Shown here one piece after another: positions 55,761-64,000 of a stretch of DNA of 64,000 nt (position 1 is the first letter of the stretch; each line of letters opens with the position of its first letter). The stretch is from an uncultured Ignavibacteriales bacterium. Lineage in GTDB: Bacteria > Zixibacteria > MSB-5A5 > GN15 > FEB-12. The position numbers were made by a program, and so were the translations under genes. The DNA lies in NCBI GenBank assembly GCA_964526835.1, contig CAZGMK010000008.1:5290-69289 (forward strand), written 5' to 3'. The notes under the pieces were generated by a model. It searched no databases. It was not told the origin of the DNA and was given only the letters and a program-made list of their open reading frames with translations.

Positions 55761-58430
55761 GTGATCATGTCACATAAGAAGTCCACCAGACGTGCCAGAG
55801 TGAAACGCGCACCCGCCACGAAGACCGCCGGATCATCGGCCGTCGAGTCCATGGGCCTGTCCATCGCCGGTGGTGACATCGCGAGACAACTGGGCGAGGG
55901 AATTCAGTTACTCCGCCAGAGTAGGGAGGAAGAGCTGCCGGCTCTTCTCGAACCGTTGTCCCACGAGCTTCCGGCCTCATCAGACGAGCATCGGTCGCTC
56001 TATCGCCGCCTACTTGCCTTCGGCTATGCCAACACCGGCAAGCTGTTGAAGGCGGAAGAACTGTGCCGCGAGGAGTTGCGGACTTCGGATCGGTGCATCG
56101 ACGCCCACTTCCTCCTGACATTCATCTACCTGTCTATGCGGGAATACGACAGAGCGGTCGAGCACGGTCGTCGCTACAACGAACTGGCCGCCACTAATGC
56201 GGGCGCGGCTATCGCAGTCGGTGAGAACTACCGGGCGCAGGTGCTTAACTTCATTGGTTCAGCCTGTTATGAGCAAGAGAATTACGATGAGGCCGCCGAC
56301 TGGTTCAATGATTCCATTAAACACGATCCGGCTTACCACTTGCCGTATCTCAATCTGGCCAACGCGGCCATGCGGCGCCACCGCAAGGATGAAGCCAGGG
56401 AGATCGTGGAAAGAGGCCTGCGGAAGTGCCGCCAGGTGCAGGACCTTAAACTCCTCAAGGAAACGATAGGCAAGACAGCCACAATCTCGGCCTGCCTCAT
56501 GGTCAAGAATGAGGAGGAGCTACTCCCCGGCTGCCTCGATTCGATCCGCGACTGGGTCGATGAGATCATAGTCGTCGATACCGGCTCCACCGACCGTACG
56601 ATCGAGATCGCCGAATCTTACGGCGCCAGGGTCTATCACCAGCCCTGGGAAGGCAACTTCTCCAAGCACCGCAATTACACGATCGAACTTGCTACTTGCG
56701 AGTGGGTGTTCATCATCGATGCCGATGAGCGCTTCGTCAAAAAGGATGTGCCCGGGCTTCTCAGCGCCATCAACTCCGGCGACCACGAAGTCATCTCGGT
56801 CAACGTATACAATCTGTACGGTAGATCGCAGCACAAGCTGACGTCGGTGAACTCCATTCGATTCTTCCGCCGCAAACTGAATCTTCGCTACGAGGGCATC
56901 GTTCACAACAGCCTCTACGTTCCAAAGGGCATCCGTATTGCGCGCGCGCCGTTTGCCATCGAGCACCTCGGCTATGACCTGGAGCCGGAGAAGATGGAGG
57001 CAAAATTCGAGCGCTCTCATGCCCTGCTTCTGAAACAGGTGGAGGAGGATCCGGACTTCGCCTATGCCTGGTTCAACCTGGCCCAGCTTTACCGGGGGCG
57101 ATTCAAAGACGACCTGGAGAAATTCGGCCCCAGGGTTATCGAATGTGCGCAGAAAGTGATTGAGCTGATCGATCCCGAAGATGCGCAGCGCGGCCACTTC
57201 TACATCATGGCCCATGACCAGATCGGGTGGAGCAGATTCCTTCTGGGTGATTACGACGAGGCCGAGAGATGGGCTCGCAAGGCCCTGGAACTCAAGCCGG
57301 ACTACCTGGACCCCATGATGCTGCTGGGCCATGTGCACAGTCGCCGGGGAGAGGCTGAGGAGGCTATTGCGGCCTACCGGAGATACCTGGAAGCCAGGGA
57401 CAAGTACAACGCTGACCTTGAAATCGACGCCATGATCCTTTACCACCCGGAGAACCAGGTCACGGCCTACTTTGGAATGGCGTGTATGGCCGAGATGATC
57501 GGTCGAATGGACGATGCCAGGAGATACTATCGCTGCACCCTTGATTATGACCGCGATCATCTTGACGCCCAGTTGCACCTGGGGCGGATTTACCTGCAGG
57601 AGGGGAACCTCAAGGAGGCCGAAACACTCTTTCGTAAGGCCGTGGACGGACCATACAGGTCAGCCCGAGCAGCCCTGGGCCTCGGCACTGTGTCAGCTCA
57701 ATTGGGATGTCCCGACGAAGCCGAGAAGTGGTACGAGCAGGCGCTGAGCCTGGAGCCCGACAGCCATGACATTCTGATCGAGGCGGGCAAGTTCTTCCTT
57801 GGCGCGGGGCAGATTGAACGCGCCCACGATCTGCTCGAGCGGGCGGCCTCGTCTGAGAACGCCACGCCAGAGACCTTTCGCCATCTGGCGTCATTGTGCT
57901 TTTCGAGGGGGGACTTCGAACGAGCCATCACCCTGTACAACAGAGTCGTTGCCGCGGACAGCGCGGACACTCAGGCGCACAACGATCTGGGGAACTGCCA
58001 TTTCCGTAAGGAGGACTTTGACAAAGCCGAAGCGCACTACCTGGTGGCGCTTCAATCAGATGAAGCCATGTCGGTCACCTGGCGCAATCTCGGGCTGGCC
58101 AGAGCTCGGATGGACCGTCCGCAAGACGCTCTGGCCGCCTTCGACAAGTACATGGAATTGGCTCCGGGAGATGTTCAAATTCTGCCCCTGATCGGCGATC
58201 TTCACTGCCGTCTGGGCGAGTTTCAGGCCGCGATACCGTACTATGAGAAGTTTCTGGCCCGACATCCCCATTCGGCCTCGGTTCTGTTTGGTCTTGCCGA
58301 GTGCTATCTCAATATGGGACATACCGATTCGGCGATTTTGGGATACCGGAGGGTATTGACCCTCGAGCCCGCGAACAGAGCCGCTCAAAAGAGACTGGCC
58401 GAGCTGTTCGGTTCGGCGGCCAGGGCCTGA
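55761..58430 (+). CDS. TPR - family-2 glycosyltransferase - TPR protein
   Basis: 889 aa. The central GT-A/GT2 motifs are ISACLMVKNEEELL, IIVVDTGSTDRT and IIDADE. Many TPR repeats flank it on both sides. The first ATG is at 55767. Confidence 0.85.
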   Translation: MIMSHKKSTRRARVKRAPATKTAGSSAVESMGLSIAGGDIARQLGEGIQLLRQSREEELPALLEPLSHELPASSDEHRSLYRRLLAFGYANTGKLLKAEELCREELRTSDRCIDAHFLLTFIYLSMREYDRAVEHGRRYNELAATNAGAAIAVGENYRAQVLNFIGSACYEQENYDEAADWFNDSIKHDPAYHLPYLNLANAAMRRHRKDEAREIVERGLRKCRQVQDLKLLKETIGKTATISACLMVKNEEELLPGCLDSIRDWVDEIIVVDTGSTDRTIEIAESYGARVYHQPWEGNFSKHRNYTIELATCEWVFIIDADERFVKKDVPGLLSAINSGDHEVISVNVYNLYGRSQHKLTSVNSIRFFRRKLNLRYEGIVHNSLYVPKGIRIARAPFAIEHLGYDLEPEKMEAKFERSHALLLKQVEEDPDFAYAWFNLAQLYRGRFKDDLEKFGPRVIECAQKVIELIDPEDAQRGHFYIMAHDQIGWSRFLLGDYDEAERWARKALELKPDYLDPMMLLGHVHSRRGEAEEAIAAYRRYLEARDKYNADLEIDAMILYHPENQVTAYFGMACMAEMIGRMDDARRYYRCTLDYDRDHLDAQLHLGRIYLQEGNLKEAETLFRKAVDGPYRSARAALGLGTVSAQLGCPDEAEKWYEQALSLEPDSHDILIEAGKFFLGAGQIERAHDLLERAASSENATPETFRHLASLCFSRGDFERAITLYNRVVAADSADTQAHNDLGNCHFRKEDFDKAEAHYLVALQSDEAMSVTWRNLGLARARMDRPQDALAAFDKYMELAPGDVQILPLIGDLHCRLGEFQAAIPYYEKFLARHPHSASVLFGLAECYLNMGHTDSAILGYRRVLTLEPANRAAQKRLAELFGSAARA

Positions 58431-58496
58431 TTATGCTCGGCTGGAATCGACTGTCTCATTTTCTGTCATGTCATTGGATTTTCCCCATTAAGCCCC

Positions 58497-58523
58497 TCAA
58501 GCCCCTCAAGTTTTTGCCGATTT
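58497..58523 (+). promoter_or_regulatory. Sigma-28-type promoter candidate for fliC
   Basis: TCAA, 15 nt, then GCCGATTT. It lies directly after a tandem 9-mer duplication (aagcccctc twice, 58490-58507). It would give a leader of about 210 nt. Confidence 0.4.
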
Positions 58524-58703
58524 CTTAACTAAAGATATCGAGAGGACTGATCACTGCGAATACAGATACTTCTCGGAAAGGAGGACAGCGGCGACACCGC
58601 CGCCATCGCACAACGGAGTCACATGGAAGCCGGACTCTAAGAACAGCAACATAGGAAGTGTCAGTGGATGCGTATAGCAAACCTGAATTACAATAAACAG
58701 TAA

Positions 58704-58736
58704 GGGGTACGGAGACCCCCAGCCATTCAAGGAGGA
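58704..58736 (+). promoter_or_regulatory. Candidate CsrA binding sites in the fliC leader (GGA hairpin plus GGA-containing SD)
   Basis: The hairpin ggggt-ACGGAG-acccc (58704-58719) presents GGA in its loop. A second GGA lies in the SD caAGGAGGa (58728-58736), 7 nt before the ATG. Confidence 0.5.
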
Positions 58737-58743
58737 TTTATCC

Positions 58744-60939
58744 ATGGCACTTCGCATTAACCACAACCTGGCGGCGCTCAATGCGCACAGGAACCTGGTC
58801 AACACCAACAACTCTCTGCAGCAATCGATGCAGAAGTTGTCGTCGGGCTACCGGATCAACAAAGGTTCGGATGACCCGGCCGGTCTGGTGATTTCCGAGC
58901 AGTTCCGTGCTCAGATCGCCGGCCTCAATCGCGCGATCGACAACTCCGAGGGGTCGATCAGCATGGTTCAGACTGCTGAAGGCGCTCTCGCCGAGATCAA
59001 CAACCTGCTGATCTCGATGCGCGAACTGGCCATTCACGCGGCCAACGAGGGCTTCAACGACGCCGAGCAGCTCGCGGCCGATCAGGCGGAAATCACCAAC
59101 GCGATCAAGACCATCGATCGCATCGCCGCCAACACCCAGTTTGGCACCAAGCTCCTGCTGGACGGCTCCAAGGAGAACGTGGCCGCCGTGACCACCGCCA
59201 ACGCCTCCGGCGTCAGCCTGAAGGACTCCAACCTGGACACCGGCACCTACTCGCTGGCGGCAGTGAAGGTGGCCGACGCCACCGCGACCCTGAACTCCAC
59301 CGCCAAGGGTCTCTCGCTGGCCAACACCGACGGCAACCCCTACAATCTGTCCGACGGTGTCCACAACATCGACATCGTCCAGGCTTCCGACGTTGCCACC
59401 AAGACGTCGACCGGCGTCTCGATCGCCGACACCTGGGGCAACGACCTCACCCTGGCCGCTACCGGTCGCGCCGCGTACATCTCGGCCACCGGCGGCTTCA
59501 GTAAGGTCGGCGCCGGCGCCAATTCCGGTGACTATACCTTCATCCTGAATCTGCAGGAGAATGGCGCCACCGCCGTCGGCAACCAGGCCCTGGCGATCCA
59601 CATTACCACGGCTGACACTGCGTCCACTGTTAAGACCAAACTCGAGTCCGCCATCGCCGCGAACAGTGAACTCGCCGGCAAGATCAATGTGACGACTTCC
59701 GTCGGCACGATCGGCGGCATCGCTGAGTCGGTCCGCTTCGGCTTCGAATATGCCAAAGAGGGAGCGCAGTACTCCATCAAGACGGAGGCTTCCACCACGA
59801 CGGCCTCTGGCGCCACTTTCAGCTGGGGCGCATCCAGCGACCGCGGTGTCTCCGAAAACGTCCTGAATCTCACTGCCAATTCCTCGAGTCAGTTGTTGAC
59901 TGACGATGTGACCGTAGCCGCGGCCACGTATAGCTCTCTGAGCGATCTGGTCGACGCCATCAACACTGCGATCGACGCTTCCGGCTTCGCAACCGCCGCG
60001 GACTTTGCGGCGGAGGTCTACGACACCGACAAGATCCGTTTCTCGACGCTGGACGAGGGATCGAAGTACTACCTGAAGCACAACGCGTCGGTCGGCAACG
60101 ATGAGGACCTGTCGAATGTCCTCAATTTGTCAGTGGACACAACCAACCAGACCGGTGTGGATGCGATCGTCAACTTCGATGGCTATTCCAATATCATCGA
60201 CGATGTCCAGCTTGGCTCCACGCGCCAGATCACGCTCGAGACCGCCGCGTACGGCAGTGCTGACCGCGGCACGGTCGAGATGACGGTCCAGAAGGCCTCG
60301 GCTGCCTTCGCCACCGGCGTCGGCGGCGTGGATACCGGCAACCTCCTGCTGGATGTCACCGGTACACAGCTCGATGTCCAGCTCGACGGTGCTACTGCGC
60401 AGCGCGTCACCGTCGGCCAGGATTCGGTAATCTACAATGCGGACCGGACCGAGTGGATCACGGTCAACTACGGCCTGACCTCCACCGGCGGCAACGAGAC
60501 GATCAGTTCGACCAACCAGGCGCTGGTCTTCCAGATCGGTGGTAATGTTGGTCAGACGGCCAAGATATCGATGCGCAACATGGCTTCAACGGCGCTCGGT
60601 AACGACTTGACCGGCAACACCTTCTCATCGCTGGCCGAGATCGACGTCACCACCGCCGCAGGCGCCCAGGATGCCCAGGCAGTGATCGACGCCGCCATCA
60701 ACGAAGTCTCCACCACCCGCGGATCGCTGGGTAGTTTCCAGAAGAACACTCTGGAGTCGAACCTGCGCAACCTCCGGGTGGCGGCCCAGAACCTGACCGC
60801 CTCGGAATCACAGCTCCGTGACACCGACATGGCCCGCGAGATGTCGCAGTTCACGAAGGACCAGATTCTGATGCAGGCCGGTACAGCCATGCTGGCCCAG
60901 GCCAACCAGGTACCGCAGTCGGTACTGCAACTGTTCTAA
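58744..60939 (+). CDS. fliC: Flagellin (large, 731 aa)
   Basis: N-terminal MALRINHN..AL.A.RNL......L..S..KLSSGYRIN...DDPAG. The C-terminus is LGS.QN.L......L......N...S.S.IRD.DMA.EM..F.K.QIL.Q. A ~460-aa T/S/A/G-rich central region lies between them. Confidence 0.96.
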   Translation: MALRINHNLAALNAHRNLVNTNNSLQQSMQKLSSGYRINKGSDDPAGLVISEQFRAQIAGLNRAIDNSEGSISMVQTAEGALAEINNLLISMRELAIHAANEGFNDAEQLAADQAEITNAIKTIDRIAANTQFGTKLLLDGSKENVAAVTTANASGVSLKDSNLDTGTYSLAAVKVADATATLNSTAKGLSLANTDGNPYNLSDGVHNIDIVQASDVATKTSTGVSIADTWGNDLTLAATGRAAYISATGGFSKVGAGANSGDYTFILNLQENGATAVGNQALAIHITTADTASTVKTKLESAIAANSELAGKINVTTSVGTIGGIAESVRFGFEYAKEGAQYSIKTEASTTTASGATFSWGASSDRGVSENVLNLTANSSSQLLTDDVTVAAATYSSLSDLVDAINTAIDASGFATAADFAAEVYDTDKIRFSTLDEGSKYYLKHNASVGNDEDLSNVLNLSVDTTNQTGVDAIVNFDGYSNIIDDVQLGSTRQITLETAAYGSADRGTVEMTVQKASAAFATGVGGVDTGNLLLDVTGTQLDVQLDGATAQRVTVGQDSVIYNADRTEWITVNYGLTSTGGNETISSTNQALVFQIGGNVGQTAKISMRNMASTALGNDLTGNTFSSLAEIDVTTAAGAQDAQAVIDAAINEVSTTRGSLGSFQKNTLESNLRNLRVAAQNLTASESQLRDTDMAREMSQFTKDQILMQAGTAMLAQANQVPQSVLQLF

Positions 60940-60969
60940 GCCGACTGCTCGGCTCGACAGTGAACATAG

Positions 60970-60997
60970 CCCGGGAGGAGTTGAACCTCCTCCCGGG
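60970..60997 (+). terminator. Strong hairpin terminator after fliC
   Basis: cccgggaggag-ttgaa-cctcctcccggg gives an 11-12 bp GC-rich stem 30 nt after the stop. The T-tract is weak. Confidence 0.6.
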
Positions 60998-61059
60998 AAC
61001 AATTGAATCGGTAAGCCTTATGCGGACATTGAAGTCCACACCAGCCGTAGGAGTTAACG

Positions 61060-63393
61060 ATGCCGGGCACCCAGGCTATTGATGGCATCACATCCGGTTT
61101 TGACACAACCGCGATCGTCGATGCCTTGATTTCGTTTGAGCGCCGACCTGCTGTCCAGATGGAGCAGGACCAGGCCAACAAGACCAATATGGTCACCGCC
61201 CTCAAGGCGCTTCAGGCCAAACTGGTCGCCGTCGAAACCCAGGCCGGCACGCTCCGGCGCGCTTCGACCTTCGAGAAAGCCTCAATCAGCGTCTCAGACG
61301 AACAGTATCTCACAGCTACCCGGGGCGGTGAGGTCACCAGCGGCTCCTACGACCTGCGAGTACTGGCAGTGGCCCGAAATCATCAGATAGCCTCGCAGGG
61401 CATCAGCGACGTCGATGAGGCCCTCATGGGTACCGGGACGATCACGATCGCCGTCGGTAACTCGGCCGCCGAGACGATAACGATCGACGAGAACAATAAC
61501 TCCCTGGTAGGCATCAAGAACGCCATTAACAGCGCCGGCGCGGGCGTCACGGCCAGTATCATCAACGACGGTTCTTCCTCCAATCCTTATCGTCTGGTCC
61601 TGGCCGCCAATGAAACCGGCGCCAAAAAACAGATATCATTTACCGCCTCCCTATCGGGAGGGAACAGCCTGGATTTTGATAATGCCTCGTTCGACGCCGT
61701 CGAGGAAGCGAGTATCGCCGATGCCACCACCGCCGCGATGTCGCTCGGATCGACGGCCGGCTACAGCGGCAGCACCAACAAAAGCTACATAATCACCGTT
61801 GACGGCAGCGGCAGCTACACCGTGGGCGCCGACACGATTACTCTTAACTGGACCGATGGGACCAACTCCGGCTCGATAGAGATTGACGCCGAGGACACCG
61901 AAGTGGAGTTCACCGGCGCAGGCGCCGATGGTCTCTATCTGCAGCTCGGAGCAGGTGTGGTTCACGGCGGTGATGAGTTCCGGGTCGACGCGTTCGCGCC
62001 GACCCTCCAGGATCCGACCGACGCCAGGCTGCAGTTGGGATCAAGCTCCGGCGGTGGATCGCCGATCGTGGTTACCTCAGCCTCCAACAATTTCGGGGAT
62101 GTTATCGGCGGCATCAACGTCACCGCCCGGAAGGTGACGCCGGATGACGAAGTGGTGACGGTGAGCTCTGAGATCGACACGGCCAGCATCAAGAGCTCGA
62201 TCAAGAGCTTCATCAATGCCTACAACGATGCAATGGACTACATCAACGAGCACAGCAAGTACAACCAGGAGACCGGCGAATCGGGGGTGCTTTTCGGGGA
62301 CTCGACCCTCTGGACGACCCAGAATCGATTACGATCTATTGTCACCTCGACCGTCACCGGCGTCTCTTCCAGGTACAACCAGCTCTATGGCATCGGGATT
62401 CGTCACGACGAGAACAGCAAGCTGGCCATCGCCGACTCCGGTGCTCTTGACAAAGCCCTGGCCGACGACTTCCAGGCGGTCGTGAATATCTTCACTGATT
62501 CCGGAACCTCCTCCAGCCAGTTTATCGAGTTCATCTCGATGACCGGTGATTCGAAGGCCGGTGCGACCTACGATGTCGATGTCACATCCGCGGCGACCAA
62601 TGGCAACTATGCCGCCGCCGCCATAGGCGATCCGGCTGTGAGTCCACTGACCCTGAACAGCACTAACAACCAGCTTCGTCTCAAGATTGACGGCCTGACG
62701 TCAGAGCCTCTGCTGCTGACTGAGAAGACCTACAACAGCGGCAAGGAATTGGCGACCGAGATTCAACGGCAGCTCGACGCCGACGGCCGGGTCGGTCACC
62801 TCGGCGCCCAGGTCTCGTGGGATTCGGGCAGTAGCCAGTTGATCATTACCAGTGGCTCGTATGGCTCGAGTTCGAAAATCGAGATGGATACGACAGTCGA
62901 CAACTCCGCCCACACTATTCTGGGTCTGGCCGCAGGCACGTCAACCGAGGGGACGGACGTCGCGGGGACCATCAACGGCGAGGCCGCCACGGGTCGCGGA
63001 CAGTATCTGACGGGCGACGAAGGCAACGAAAACACCGCCGGGGTCAAACTGCTCGTCACGCTCGGGCAAAGCCAGGTTACCGGCGGAGTCGAAGGCAGTA
63101 TAACTATCAGCCGGGGGGTCGCCTCACAGGCCTTCGCCTATCTCGACAAACTGACCGCGCCCACGGACGGAGTGTTTGATACCAAGATTCGGGGGATCAA
63201 CAGCCAGATCGAAAGCATCAAGGGACGGATCAGCGACATTGATGAGCGCCTGGCCATGAGGCGTGAATCGCTGATGCAGCAATTCTGGGATATGGAAAAC
63301 GCCCTGGCCGAGATGAACTCGCAGATGGACTATCTGACATCTATGGCCACACAACTCAGCAAGAACTGGCAACTTAGCGGTAAGAGAAAATAA
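61060..63393 (+). CDS. fliD: Flagellar filament cap protein FliD (enlarged, 777 aa)
   Basis: N-terminal I.GI.SG.DT..IV..L...E..P. The C-terminal FliD helix is ...RY..QF..ME..L..MNSQ...L. It contains a Flagellin_IN-like segment TITIAVGN..ETITID..NNSL.GIKNAIN. Confidence 0.92.
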   Translation: MPGTQAIDGITSGFDTTAIVDALISFERRPAVQMEQDQANKTNMVTALKALQAKLVAVETQAGTLRRASTFEKASISVSDEQYLTATRGGEVTSGSYDLRVLAVARNHQIASQGISDVDEALMGTGTITIAVGNSAAETITIDENNNSLVGIKNAINSAGAGVTASIINDGSSSNPYRLVLAANETGAKKQISFTASLSGGNSLDFDNASFDAVEEASIADATTAAMSLGSTAGYSGSTNKSYIITVDGSGSYTVGADTITLNWTDGTNSGSIEIDAEDTEVEFTGAGADGLYLQLGAGVVHGGDEFRVDAFAPTLQDPTDARLQLGSSSGGGSPIVVTSASNNFGDVIGGINVTARKVTPDDEVVTVSSEIDTASIKSSIKSFINAYNDAMDYINEHSKYNQETGESGVLFGDSTLWTTQNRLRSIVTSTVTGVSSRYNQLYGIGIRHDENSKLAIADSGALDKALADDFQAVVNIFTDSGTSSSQFIEFISMTGDSKAGATYDVDVTSAATNGNYAAAAIGDPAVSPLTLNSTNNQLRLKIDGLTSEPLLLTEKTYNSGKELATEIQRQLDADGRVGHLGAQVSWDSGSSQLIITSGSYGSSSKIEMDTTVDNSAHTILGLAAGTSTEGTDVAGTINGEAATGRGQYLTGDEGNENTAGVKLLVTLGQSQVTGGVEGSITISRGVASQAFAYLDKLTAPTDGVFDTKIRGINSQIESIKGRISDIDERLAMRRESLMQQFWDMENALAEMNSQMDYLTSMATQLSKNWQLSGKRK

Positions 63394-63421
63394 CACGATA
63401 TACAGGTCATCGGAGGAGAGA

Positions 63422-63865
63422 ATGGACACCAGCATAAGCTCATATCGGACTGTCGACACCCACGGCAGATCGCAACTAGACCTGATACTGCAAGTCTATG
63501 ACGGCGCTATCGCGGCCTACCAGCAGGCGAGTGAGTGCTACAAGACCGAGCAACTGGCCGAAGGCCGCCGGCAGATGGAGCGAGCCAAGAGGTTCGTCGT
63601 CCACCTGTACACGTCGCTGAATCCGGAGAAGGGCGGAGTGATCGCCGAGAATCTCGGGAAAATCTATGCTTTCGTAGTGCAGGAAACGGACGTCGCTACA
63701 GCCACGAAAGATACCGGGAAAATTGACGATATCATTAACATACTGGATAACCTGCGGCAAGGCTGGCGCGGGCTCAAAGAGCAGGAAGCGTCGAGGTCAG
63801 GTCCGGCCGAACCTGCGTCCGAGACCGAACCCCAGCCGGCCGGCAGCTTCAGCACCTCAGCATGA
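63422..63865 (+). CDS. fliS: Flagellin-specific chaperone FliS
   Basis: LIL..YDGAI.......E and A..I...L..SLN...GG.IA.NL..IY.F are FliS motifs. Confidence 0.9.
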   Translation: MDTSISSYRTVDTHGRSQLDLILQVYDGAIAAYQQASECYKTEQLAEGRRQMERAKRFVVHLYTSLNPEKGGVIAENLGKIYAFVVQETDVATATKDTGKIDDIINILDNLRQGWRGLKEQEASRSGPAEPASETEPQPAGSFSTSA

Positions 63866-64000
63866 GCGGCGACATGGACAACACCGACGTAACGCAGATG
63901 GAGCGAAAACTCCTGTTCATCCTCAAGGAGGAATACTCGTTCTATCAGTCCCTTTACCTGACGCTGGACAAGCAACGCGATGCGGTCAAGTACAACAATG
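63862..64000 (+). CDS. Partial ORF after fliS (helical; possible FlgN/FliT-like flagellar chaperone)
   Basis: The ATG overlaps the fliS stop (ATGA). MSGDMDNTDVTQMERKLLFILKEEYSFYQSLYLTLDKQRDAVKYNN continues past the window edge. Confidence 0.35.
   Translation, partial: MSGDMDNTDVTQMERKLLFILKEEYSFYQSLYLTLDKQRDAVKYNN

Overview
This is a bacterial chromosomal segment of fairly high GC. It is mostly core genes plus a large motility and chemotaxis locus, with one small accessory island. I found no rRNA genes, CRISPR arrays, integrases or transposases.

Layout, left to right:
- clpB.
- An archaeal-type HMG-CoA synthase / thiolase / DUF35 triad.
- A 0.7-kb repeat-rich non-coding gap.
- rplM-rpsI, then rpsB-tsf-pyrH-frr.
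- A CBS-domain gene, ilvE, rpiB and a lipoprotein gene.
- rpmG, which is under 60 aa and absent from the ORF track.
- A ~2.4-kb accessory island at 13.9-16.3 kb.
- glyA, a YkoF/MTH1187-like gene, cutA, nrdR, tatC, tRNA-Gly(CCC), a DUF512 radical-SAM gene and der.
- From about 22.5 kb to the window end, the motility locus:
  - an RsbU/RsbW/RsbV-type partner-switching module;
  - a HEAT-repeat protein, a receiver and a pseudo-receiver;
  - cheR, two cheY genes, cheZ, cheA and cheB;
  - a FlrB/FlrC-like kinase with a sigma-54 activator;
  - motAB, flgBC, fliEFGHIJ, flgFGAHIJ, flgN and flgK;
  - csrA, flgL, fliW, a TPR-GT2 gene, fliC, fliD and fliS.

The most unusual locus is the island between the divergent rpmG and glyA promoters.
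- Two inverted copies of a ~215-bp MITE-like element bracket a lower-GC minus-strand cassette. Each copy has its own ~25-bp hairpin-forming terminal inverted repeats.
- The cassette encodes a small AT-rich membrane protein and a membrane-anchored JAB/MPN+ metallopeptidase.
- Its third gene has a conserved N-terminal domain that is cut off by one of the repeat copies.
- I cannot assign this cassette to a named system.

Other points worth a second look:
- a sigma-54 promoter before flgB;
- sigma-28-like promoters before motA and fliC;
- a fliC leader with CsrA-type sites;
- a CsrA with a C-terminal extension;
- enlarged FlgL, FliC and FliD;
- a TPR-GT2 gene next to the flagellin gene.

All calls come from reading the sequence and recalling family motifs. 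No database searches were run.
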